Positions 9,644 through 17,052 of a stretch of DNA of 64,000 bases are shown here, piece by piece. The notes under the pieces are model-generated. The model was not told the origin of the DNA. It made no database searches and saw only the letters and a list, made by a program, of their open reading frames with translations. The DNA is taken from positions 211,367-275,366 of IMG/VR virus record IMGVR_UViG_3300021959_006010; one strand, 5' to 3'. Within the stretch, counting starts at the first letter, position 1. Each line of letters begins with the position of its first letter. The translations under genes and the position numbers were made by a program.

Positions 9644-9958
9644 ATGCAAGCAACTGTAATTAAAACACTAGACAGTGCAGTGCGTGTAACACTAGTAGAA
9701 GATGACGCGGAGTGGCGTGCAGAGTTTGAAGAATACGGATACGACACAGACATGTGGGCTGCATACGGAGACGGAGATGTGTGGCGAGACAACGTACAAG
9801 TTACGCATACACTAAACGATGAAGAGTACGGCTTTATTTGCGGCAATAGTAGTGACAGACGTGTGTACGGCTTTACAGTAGATGTACACAGAGCAGAAGA
9901 AGCAGATGGCAACTTTAGCTTTTGGGTAACAGAAGAACAATACGAACAAATAGGATAA
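9644..9958 (+). CDS. early acidic hypothetical protein
   Basis: GAGGGC 9632; no Pro. Confidence 0.8.
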   Translation: MQATVIKTLDSAVRVTLVEDDAEWRAEFEEYGYDTDMWAAYGDGDVWRDNVQVTHTLNDEEYGFICGNSSDRRVYGFTVDVHRAEEADGNFSFWVTEEQYEQIG

Positions 9959-10029
9959 AAAGAGGTTGACAACGTGTGTATGCTATGCTATAGTGTACAC
10001 ACACTAACACAGCATAGAGAGGGCTTTTT

Positions 10030-10299
10030 ATGCAAAACACAAATACAAAAACTGCACGTAGTATTGTACGCAACATCCTAAAGCAAAACAATGTTATGTA
10101 TTCCTCGCAAAGTTATACCGACAAATGTGCTAATCCTGCATTACGTAACTTGTGCTTCCTAACAAAAAACTTAACGCCTGCAGTTGTGCAACAAATTTCC
10201 TCTGCGCTTAACGTTACAAAAGTGCATGCAACAAAGCCTATGTTTTACAATGTGCATCCGGATGCACGTTATTTGCGCATAGTGCATTGCGCAAAATAA
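10030..10299 (+). CDS. early basic hypothetical protein
   Basis: promoter 9966, GAGGGC 10019; no Gly/Glu/Trp. Confidence 0.75.
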   Translation: MQNTNTKTARSIVRNILKQNNVMYSSQSYTDKCANPALRNLCFLTKNLTPAVVQQISSALNVTKVHATKPMFYNVHPDARYLRIVHCAK

Positions 10300-10307
10300 A
10301 ACTCAAT

Positions 10308-10349
10308 AAAAACAAGCACTTAGCAGAAAAATTATAAGTGCTTGTTTTT
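10308..10349 (+). terminator. inverted repeat / probable terminator
   Basis: AAAAACAAGCACTTA ... TAAGTGCTTGTTTTT. Confidence 0.55.
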
Positions 10350-10435
10350 AAACAAAACTTTTTGCTTTACAAATGCATAAACTTGTAGTATATTGTTTGT
10401 ATAAGTTAACAAGCATACATGCAGAGGAGCACATT

Positions 10436-10684
10436 ATGCAAAACACAAACTACGTATTTTTAAACGCACAAAACGCTGCAATTGTTGTAACAGTAAACAA
10501 TGTAGTTGTTGCTACAGACGTACAAACAGCAGACGCACTTGTACAAGTGTTTTTAACACACAACATTAATGTGCTTACAGACACTATTATGTGCAGCAGC
10601 AGCATAGATTTTGCTGAAGAGGAGGGCTTTGCTACAGACGCTTGTGCGCATAATATTATAGAGGACGCTTTAGCACAGTTGTAA
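10436..10684 (+). CDS. early hypothetical protein
   Basis: GAGGAG RBS; start MQNTNY. Confidence 0.8.
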   Translation: MQNTNYVFLNAQNAAIVVTVNNVVVATDVQTADALVQVFLTHNINVLTDTIMCSSSIDFAEEEGFATDACAHNIIEDALAQL

Positions 10685-10698
10685 TATACTAAAGTATT

Positions 10699-10732
10699 GC
10701 AAGCACTATACTACGTAGTGCTTGCTTTTTTT
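10699..10732 (+). terminator. rho-independent terminator
   Basis: GCAAGCACTA...TAGTGCTTGC followed by a T run. Confidence 0.7.
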
Positions 10733-10786
10733 GTAACTTGTGTTATATTGTTTGTATAACGTAACAGCAAATGCGAGGGCCGCAAC

Positions 10787-11137
10787 ATGCAAAACAACAT
10801 TAAGCGTAACAGCGTAGTAGTAGTAAACTATAAAAACACACAGCGTTTAGCACTTGTTAAAAGTGTACGTGCTAACAACATGCTAAACGTAACTATGTAT
10901 TTGTTTGCTAATGCAAGCATAGCTAGCGACTACTTAGTGCATGCAAGTACAGTAACGCTAACAAGTGTTAGTGCTAAACAGTTTACGCATTTAGCTAAAA
11001 GCTATCCCAACTATGCGTGTACTAGTGCTAACAGCAAACTATTGTTTAAGCTACAGCAACAAGCAGACGCAGCTTATCCGCAGTATGCAGCACTACGCAA
11101 CAACTATGCAAAGTATACTAGTGCGTTTGCTGCATAG
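10787..11137 (+). CDS. early hypothetical protein
   Basis: GAGGGC 10775; no Gly/Glu/Trp in 116 aa. Confidence 0.75.
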   Translation: MQNNIKRNSVVVVNYKNTQRLALVKSVRANNMLNVTMYLFANASIASDYLVHASTVTLTSVSAKQFTHLAKSYPNYACTSANSKLLFKLQQQADAAYPQYAALRNNYAKYTSAFAA

Positions 11138-11217
11138 TACGCTTAAAAAACACTTGACAACTGTGTGTATGTGTGCTACTATGTACACATACACTAAAGC
11201 ATAACGGAGGGCAGTTT

Positions 11218-11466
11218 ATGCAAAACACACAGTACGAAAACGCAGTTATTGCTGCAATTGAAAATTTTGCAAACAGCATTGCAAATTGTGCGCACGACAG
11301 CGTAGTAGAAAACAACGACTACGCAATTACAGACAGCATAGACAGCATTAACTTTTTGTTTAGCAACTACACAAAATACGACAGTGTACAAGCACTTGCA
11401 AACGCTGCACTAGACAGCACACTAGACACTGTAGTACGTGAAAGCATACATGCACAATTAACGTAA
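11218..11466 (+). CDS. early hypothetical protein
   Basis: promoter 11154, GAGGGC 11207; start MQNTQY. Confidence 0.8.
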   Translation: MQNTQYENAVIAAIENFANSIANCAHDSVVENNDYAITDSIDSINFLFSNYTKYDSVQALANAALDSTLDTVVRESIHAQLT

Positions 11467-11537
11467 AAAAGTAGTTGACAACTGCGTGTACATATGCTAT
11501 AGTGTATGTACACGTTAACAATGTAAGAGGGCATCTT

Positions 11538-11870
11538 ATGTATTACATTTACGAGAACAGCACAACCTACATTATTGGCAAGCCGGACCGCAATGGTGTA
11601 GCCCGTCCGGATCATCGCCAGTCGTATAAGACTATGGCCGCAGCGAAAGCAGCACTCACACGCATCTGCAAGGCAGAAGGCTTGTTGCCAACCGATCCCA
11701 ACTATGCACTGTATCGCTATTCGATTGCAGAGGCCAGCTACTTCCACAGCATGATTGAAAAGAAAGTACTGCGTAAAGTACTAGAAGGCTTTGGTGGCAA
11801 GGAGTATTACGAACCTGTTAACACTCCTGCCTATATGTCACCTGCAAGCGAAACCTACTGGAGCATGTAA
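11538..11870 (+). CDS. early hypothetical phage protein
   Basis: promoter 11475, GAGGGC 11527; C-terminal NTP.Y.SP.SE.YWSM. Confidence 0.8.
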   Translation: MYYIYENSTTYIIGKPDRNGVARPDHRQSYKTMAAAKAALTRICKAEGLLPTDPNYALYRYSIAEASYFHSMIEKKVLRKVLEGFGGKEYYEPVNTPAYMSPASETYWSM

Positions 11871-11998
11871 GATGGATCTACTCCAACGATACCCGAACGC
11901 ACTCGAGCAGCTAGAAATCCTCAAAAAAGATTATTTAGGGGTTGACAATTCTGTAGAGGAGTGCTATATTAGTAGTATAACAAATGGAGGGCAATCCA

Positions 11999-12163
11999 AT
12001 GCAAGTAGACCGCGAAAGACTGGAACGCATCGTCAAGATGGCAGAGAATCTCTACTCTGACGGTGAGTACCGCGATATGGTGTTCGATATACTGCGCACA
12101 GAACCTGAGCGTAGTGACAGCGACATTGCAAATGAATTAGCTATGCGTTGGTACGCTCCGTAA
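11999..12163 (+). CDS. early hypothetical protein (54 aa, not in ORF track)
   Basis: promoter 11942, GAGGGC 11987, MQVDRERLERIV... Confidence 0.75.
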   Translation: MQVDRERLERIVKMAENLYSDGEYRDMVFDILRTEPERSDSDIANELAMRWYAP

Positions 12164-12231
12164 AAAAGAGGTTGACACTGTAGCACTTCGGTGCTATAGT
12201 GTATGTATAAGTTAACAAAGAGGGCTACACA

Positions 12232-12444
12232 ATGACAGATTATTTGTACAACACTGCTTACAAGCTAGGCTGTTACCAAGCTATTGCAGATATGATGCGC
12301 CGCGAGATCCGCAACCTTGACGCTGCACAAGCAGCAGACGACGAGTTTATGGCTGACTGGGCTATGCGCAACCTGCGCTCGCTTGCTACACAGCTTGACG
12401 AAGCAGAAGAAAAAATGAAAAAAGAGGTTGACACTGTAGCATAG
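12232..12444 (+). CDS. early hypothetical protein
   Basis: promoter 12172, GAGGGC 12220. Confidence 0.8.
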   Translation: MTDYLYNTAYKLGCYQAIADMMRREIRNLDAAQAADDEFMADWAMRNLRSLATQLDEAEEKMKKEVDTVA

Positions 12445-12493
12445 TGGTGCTATAGTATATACATAACGTAACAAAAGCAAGAGGGCTTACAAA

Positions 12494-12937
12494 ATGGGTA
12501 CACGTTCAGCAATCGGTTACAAAACACCAGAAGGCAAAGTTCGCGCAAAATACAGCCACTACGATGGCTACCCTGCCTACACTGGCAAGATGCTGCAAGA
12601 GCACTACCAGGAGGCACGTAAGATTGCACAGATGGTAGAGCTAGGCGACCAGTCGTTTATCGCTCCAAACGTATTTCCAACAGACAAGTCGCACAGTTTT
12701 AACACGCCGCAAGAAGATGTGATTGTGTTTTACGGACGCGACAGAGGCGAGTCTAATGTAGACGCAAAAGACTTTGACACTGTGCAGGAGTTTGTAGACT
12801 ACTACGAAGGCGCAGGCTGCGAGTACTTCTACTTGCACACAGCAAACGGTTGGATCGTACACGACCGCTATGGCGTAGGCAACGATGCTAACGGCTATCC
12901 TGTGTTTGACATGCTAGAAAATAAATTGCCTGCATAG
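12494..12937 (+). CDS. conserved-looking phage early protein
   Basis: MGTRSAIG...YSHYDGYP...G..L motif; GAGGGC 12481. Confidence 0.85.
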   Translation: MGTRSAIGYKTPEGKVRAKYSHYDGYPAYTGKMLQEHYQEARKIAQMVELGDQSFIAPNVFPTDKSHSFNTPQEDVIVFYGRDRGESNVDAKDFDTVQEFVDYYEGAGCEYFYLHTANGWIVHDRYGVGNDANGYPVFDMLENKLPA

Positions 12938-13005
12938 GAAAAAAGATGTTGACAGTATGCGCTTTTGAGTGCATACTGTTTATATAAGTTAGCAAAGAGG
13001 GAACA

Positions 13006-13179
13006 ATGAACGAACTGCTAGAAATGATTGAGGACTTGGAAACAATCCAAACACTCACTATGCACCCGGCGCTAGACGAGACTGTTGAGCGCATCCTTGC
13101 AAAATACGAAGAGCGCCGCGAAGCATGGGAAGCAGAGCTTGAGCGCCAATACGAAATGTTCAAAGAGGAACTTGTATAA
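13006..13179 (+). CDS. early acidic hypothetical protein (57 aa, not in ORF track)
   Basis: promoter 12949, GAGGGA leader. Confidence 0.7.
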   Translation: MNELLEMIEDLETIQTLTMHPALDETVERILAKYEERREAWEAELERQYEMFKEELV

Positions 13180-13186
13180 ATGAATA

Positions 13187-13263
13187 GGGCCTTTAGCTCA
13201 ATCGGTTAGAGCACCGGACTCATAATCCGTAGGTTGCGAGTTCGAGTCTCGCAGGGCCCACCA
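13187..13263 (+). tRNA. tRNA with CAT anticodon, probably tRNA-Ile2 (lysidine type)
   Basis: GGGCCT acceptor stem, CT-CAT-AA loop, TTCGAG T-loop, encoded CCA; body resembles bacterial Ile2 tRNAs more than Met. Confidence 0.85.
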
Positions 13264-13268
13264 AGTAA

Positions 13269-13345
13269 CTGCCCTTAGCTCAGCTGGATAGAGCAACAGC
13301 CTTCTAAGCTGTGGGTCGTAGGTTCGAATCCTACAGGGCAGGCCA
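13269..13345 (+). tRNA. tRNA-Arg(TCT)
   Basis: CTGCCCT/AGGGCAG acceptor, ACAGC-CTTCTAA-GCTGT anticodon arm, CCA. Confidence 0.95.
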
Positions 13346-13349
13346 ATTA

Positions 13350-13433
13350 GCCCGCGTGGTGGAATAGGTAGACACAAGGGACTTAAAATCCCTCGCTTAT
13401 GGCGTGCCAGTTCGAGTCTGGCCGCGGGCACCA
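13350..13433 (+). tRNA. tRNA-Leu(TAA)
   Basis: GCCCGCG/CGCGGGC acceptor, AGGGA-CTTAAAA-TCCCT, long variable arm, CCA. Confidence 0.95.
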
Positions 13434-13452
13434 AACAAAGAGGAACAGGACA

Positions 13453-13608
13453 ATGATGTGTCCAGAATGTAACATGTCGAAACCTTGGACAAGCTCACGC
13501 TGTCCTAACTGCAACCAGAGTGTTGGCATTGTGTTCGGACTATGGTGGAACACACTTCGAGTGGTACTGACTCTTGCACTGTTCGTTTTTATTGTAAGTT
13601 TATTTTAA
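13453..13608 (+). CDS. small zinc-ribbon membrane protein
   Basis: CPEC...CPNC followed by a hydrophobic C-terminal helix. Confidence 0.65.
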   Translation: MMCPECNMSKPWTSSRCPNCNQSVGIVFGLWWNTLRVVLTLALFVFIVSLF

Positions 13609-13680
13609 AAAAGTGGTTGACAAAGGCAACAAAGGCTGTATACTGTACACAGTTAGATAGAAAACACAGAGGGCAACTAG

Positions 13681-14679
13681 ATGAATATCACTATCGTAGA
13701 AGGCACATATAAAATTCGAGGCAACGACACTTCAGTAGCAGGTCAAACGTTTCCTCTAGTAGAAGAGTTTAGAATGGGTAAGAATGGCGGGTACGTAACT
13801 GTTGATGGATCAGCAGTAGCAGGCTTCCCGGATCGTAATATCAAGATCAAGGTTGTAAGCGCCGACAGTTACGTACCCGCGGGGGAAGGCCCCGCTGATA
13901 GACAGCGCGAAGAAAGCGATGAAGAGATCATCGAACGAATTCGCACTCGCTTTGACATGCTAAAAGAAATGACCAAGGCTGTCAAGAAGCAAGATGTCAA
14001 AGCAATGATCGTAAGTGGCCCTCCAGGTGTTGGTAAGAGCCACGGCGTAGAAGAAGTACTTGATCGCTATAACACTATGCAGATGTTAGGCGGAGGCAAG
14101 CAGTTCGAAGTTATCAAAGGTGCTATGTCGCCCATTGGTTTGTACTGCAAGCTTTTCAAGATGGCAGACAAAGGTAAGGTTGTAGTGTTTGACGACTGTG
14201 ACTCGATCTTCCAGGACGAGCTAAGCCTTAACATCCTAAAGGCTGCTCTGGATTCAAAGAAAGATCGTTGGATCCACTGGAACACTGATTCGTTCAAGTT
14301 GCGCAACGAAGGTGTGCCAGACAAGTTCAAGTTCGAAGCAAGTGCGATCTTTATCACGAACCTAAAGTTTGACAAAGTCAAAGGTAAGATGCGTGAGCAC
14401 TTGGAAGCACTAGAGTCACGCTGTCACTACATGGACCTTACCATTGACACAGAACGAGACAAGATGCTCAGAATCAAGCAGGTCATTCGTGACGGTATGC
14501 TAGATAGCTATAAGCTGAGTGATGAGATCAAAGAAGAGATTGTAGACTTCTGCGATATTAATAAGAAGCGACTACGTGAATTGTCCCTAAGAACAGTTTT
14601 GAAAGTCGCCGATTTGGCACTTGCCTTTCCAGATCGTTGGGAAGCATTTGCCGAAAATACCGTGATGCGTCGAGCCTAG
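13681..14679 (+). CDS. P-loop (AAA+-like) ATPase
   Basis: Walker A GPPGVGKS, Walker B VVVFDDCD, sensor IFITN, Arg finger ALESR. Confidence 0.85.
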   Translation: MNITIVEGTYKIRGNDTSVAGQTFPLVEEFRMGKNGGYVTVDGSAVAGFPDRNIKIKVVSADSYVPAGEGPADRQREESDEEIIERIRTRFDMLKEMTKAVKKQDVKAMIVSGPPGVGKSHGVEEVLDRYNTMQMLGGGKQFEVIKGAMSPIGLYCKLFKMADKGKVVVFDDCDSIFQDELSLNILKAALDSKKDRWIHWNTDSFKLRNEGVPDKFKFEASAIFITNLKFDKVKGKMREHLEALESRCHYMDLTIDTERDKMLRIKQVIRDGMLDSYKLSDEIKEEIVDFCDINKKRLRELSLRTVLKVADLALAFPDRWEAFAENTVMRRA

Positions 14680-14697
14680 CTCCGCTGATTGGTAGAC

Positions 14698-14846
14698 ACT
14701 GTGAGCGGGTCCGCCCTCAACTTGCTCACAGTACATTGTGGTTGGACCGCCCTCATCCAACTACAGTAGAGTAGACGAACGCCCTCACGCTCTACTCTAA
14801 TAGTGCCCTCGCAGTGTATGCCCTCACACTGCGGGGGCTTTTTTTT
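14698..14846 (+). ncRNA. four-hairpin RNA presenting GCCCUC loops; the last hairpin is also a terminator
   Basis: stems 14698-14732, 14737-14765, 14767-14799, 14805-14838; loops CCGCCCTCA, CCGCCCTCA, AACGCCCTCA, ATGCCCTC; G-U pairs on + strand; T8 tail. Confidence 0.8.
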
Positions 14847-14923
14847 GAAAAAAATGGTTGACAAGCTATAGGTTCGGTGTTATATTATTAGTATAAGTTG
14901 AAACACTGTAAGAGGGCAAACAG

Positions 14924-15118
14924 ATGATTAAGGTACACAACAGAGGTTACGGAACTGGCGAAGCACGTTACATTCCGTTGAGCGAAGTAAACATCCACAC
15001 ACAAAAGATCTGTGAGTTTACAGGCGCTCCGTACATTATCTTCGAGCACAAAGACTATCCGTTGGGTTCTTTGAGTGCTACATTTGATGGCACCTACTGG
15101 GACTGTGATTTAGACTAA
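14924..15118 (+). CDS. early hypothetical protein
   Basis: promoter 14858, GAGGGC 14912. Confidence 0.75.
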   Translation: MIKVHNRGYGTGEARYIPLSEVNIHTQKICEFTGAPYIIFEHKDYPLGSLSATFDGTYWDCDLD

Positions 15119-15129
15119 GGGAGAATACG

Positions 15130-15300
15130 ATGTACGAAGATGAGAACGAAGATTTGATCATTGCTGTACTGGAGCAGATCCGCGAGGATGTCAGCAACGG
15201 AGACCTCACAGCAATCGAACAGTTGATTGAAATGCAGGCACCTTACGCACTGCTGAACTTCCTACCTGAAGAGAAACAGAAACAATTTATGGAAGATTAG
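15130..15300 (+). CDS. early acidic hypothetical protein (56 aa, not in ORF track)
   Basis: AAGGGAGA RBS, MYEDENEDLIIAVLEQI... Confidence 0.7.
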   Translation: MYEDENEDLIIAVLEQIREDVSNGDLTAIEQLIEMQAPYALLNFLPEEKQKQFMED

Positions 15301-15444
15301 GAGACTATTTTCCGGATGCGTCCGTGTAGAGGACCCGGCCGGCTAAAAGCACCATTGTTAGTTTCAGTCAAGCTAGAGCGGCAACGTCAATAAGGCCGTG
15401 CGGTGCGATTGGAGATACTAGGGGCGTATTCGGAAAATAGTTTC
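15301..15444 (+). ncRNA. structured ncRNA of unknown class
   Basis: 23-bp closing stem 15301-15323/15422-15444 with four G-U pairs; internal hairpins, GCAA tetraloop, possible pseudoknot. Confidence 0.7.
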
Positions 15445-15519
15445 AAATTAGGGGTTGACAAATCCCACAGTAGATCATATACTGTATATAACAGTTAGGA
15501 AATAGCAAGAGGGCAAATC

Positions 15520-15828
15520 ATGCAATTCGTAATTACTACACAGTTCCTGGAAAACTACGGCGCACACTGCGAGGACGGTAAGTTCAAGTCCGGCAATGCA
15601 TATTGGAAGATGAAGGGAGGCACAGACTACTGTGTGTCAGGTCTTGATCGCATCCAAGATGCGGTTGCGTTCGTGGCAGCCAAGGAGATGCATAATAGCA
15701 TCGGCGCTAAGGAGTTTCCAGTAGAGTGGAAGACCTATGCAGAGTGGGAGCGTGATCTTCCGGAAGACGAGGACTACAGAGAGTTCTTGCTCGAGCAACT
15801 GAAACACGTAGACCCGAGGGAGGTGTAA
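15520..15828 (+). CDS. early hypothetical phage protein
   Basis: promoter 15455, GAGGGC 15509; TQ..ENYGAH...YWK.KGG motif. Confidence 0.8.
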   Translation: MQFVITTQFLENYGAHCEDGKFKSGNAYWKMKGGTDYCVSGLDRIQDAVAFVAAKEMHNSIGAKEFPVEWKTYAEWERDLPEDEDYREFLLEQLKHVDPREV

Positions 15829-15829
15829 T

Positions 15830-15991
15830 ATGTTTCGTCAATATTTCGTATACTACGATGGTCGGTTCCAAGGAACTGTAATGGCACTTTCAGAACAGAG
15901 TGCGCTGGACAAAGGTTGCCAGATGGTAGGTGTGAGTGCTAGTGCCTACTCGGGTCGAGCACGCCGTTTGGTAGAAGTAATTCGCAAATAG
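15830..15991 (+). CDS. hypothetical protein (53 aa, not in ORF track)
   Basis: GGAGGT RBS. Confidence 0.65.
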   Translation: MFRQYFVYYDGRFQGTVMALSEQSALDKGCQMVGVSASAYSGRARRLVEVIRK

Positions 15992-16056
15992 AGGTTGACA
16001 AACCGTCAATCCTTTGTTATAGTGTATGTATAAGTTAAACAAACGAGGGCAAAGAT

Positions 16057-16284
16057 ATGTTTAATGCACGAGACGAAGCACTAGAATTGGTAGAGAACGG
16101 CGTAGTGTCAGCAGAGTATTTGCTAACAGCCTGCCTCAAGTATATGTCAACAGACGATGTTGCAGACATGCTAGATGCTAACGAACTTTCCGATCGCTTC
16201 CTAGAAGATGACGAGCCAGACGTAGACGAGGCTCAGGAGTGGGAAGACTTTGGCGAAGTTGGTTACGAACCGGAGTATATCTAA
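16057..16284 (+). CDS. early acidic hypothetical protein
   Basis: promoter 15995, GAGGGC 16045. Confidence 0.8.
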   Translation: MFNARDEALELVENGVVSAEYLLTACLKYMSTDDVADMLDANELSDRFLEDDEPDVDEAQEWEDFGEVGYEPEYI

Positions 16285-16445
16285 TGGCAGGAGCAGACAA
16301 CACTCGTCGCATTTACATCACAGTCGCGCTGGAGATACTGCGTGACGCAAACGAACAGGAAGTAATCGCAGAGTGCGATTACACCTTTGAACATCCCGAC
16401 ATTGTCGATACGGAAATTATGGGAGAGGACGAATACTATGCCTAA
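16284..16445 (+). CDS. hypothetical protein
   Basis: TAATG coupling to upstream ORF. Confidence 0.6.
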   Translation: MAGADNTRRIYITVALEILRDANEQEVIAECDYTFEHPDIVDTEIMGEDEYYA

Positions 16446-16989
16446 TTGGTGCAATAACTCATTTTCAATCACCGGCTCTACTGAGTCAATCAAAGAACTG
16501 TGGGACACAGCACAGACTGCCGACAACGGTGAATTCGGCTTGCTCAATGCTATTATGCCAATGCCCAAAGAGCTAGAAGGCACAACGGCTCCTAGCGAAG
16601 GTGGCGACAACTGGTATAACTGGCGAGTAGAGAACTGGGGCACCAAGTGGGAGGTCTCAGACGAAGGACTCGAGTATACGGATCACGGAGATGGCACTGC
16701 ATCAATCGATGGTTGGTTTGACAGTGCATGGGCTCCACCCATTGGTGTGTATGAGCAATTGGCTGCCGACTTTGACTCGTGTGTGATCGAGTGCTCTTAC
16801 TACGAGCCCGGCATGGACTTCGGAGGCTTTTGGTCAAGTGAGAAAGGAGACATCTACTTTGAAAGCCTAGACGATATGCTAAAAGAAGATCCGGACACTT
16901 GGAGCGACGAGTTCCGAGAATTTGAAGCAGAGTATGATCTGCTGTCAGAAGAGTGGCGCTTCGAAGACGAAGAAGTAGAATTAGATTAA
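16438..16989 (+). CDS. DUF1281/YubB-like protein
   Basis: MPNWCNN, WY.WRVENWGTKW, FDSAWAPP, YYEPGMDFGG. Confidence 0.75.
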   Translation: MPNWCNNSFSITGSTESIKELWDTAQTADNGEFGLLNAIMPMPKELEGTTAPSEGGDNWYNWRVENWGTKWEVSDEGLEYTDHGDGTASIDGWFDSAWAPPIGVYEQLAADFDSCVIECSYYEPGMDFGGFWSSEKGDIYFESLDDMLKEDPDTWSDEFREFEAEYDLLSEEWRFEDEEVELD

Positions 16990-17052
16990 AAAAAGAGGTT
17001 GACACAGTGAGCCATTGGTGCTATAGTATAGATAACAGTTAGGAGGGCACCT

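Noticed and set aside
11791-12060. 89-aa ORF from the track
   Set aside because: It spans a promoter and overlaps the better-supported ORF 11999-12163 that has a GAGGGC leader.
13198-13434. 78-aa minus-strand ORF
   Set aside because: Antisense shadow of the three tRNAs.
14698-14846. CRISPR-like array or REP elements
   Set aside because: Only the loops are conserved while the stems differ, the reverse of CRISPR/REP organisation; no cas genes are present in the window.
14676-14864. Minus-strand 62-aa ORF, or a minus-strand GAGGGC decoy RNA
   Set aside because: The stems contain G-U pairs that become C-A mismatches on the minus strand, and the U-tail terminator is on +.
15324-15421. Lysine riboswitch or HDV-like ribozyme (GUAGAGG...GGAG; GGCCGGC)
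   Set aside because: Too short for the lysine aptamer, and I found no P1 partner for an HDV fold; left as unknown ncRNA.
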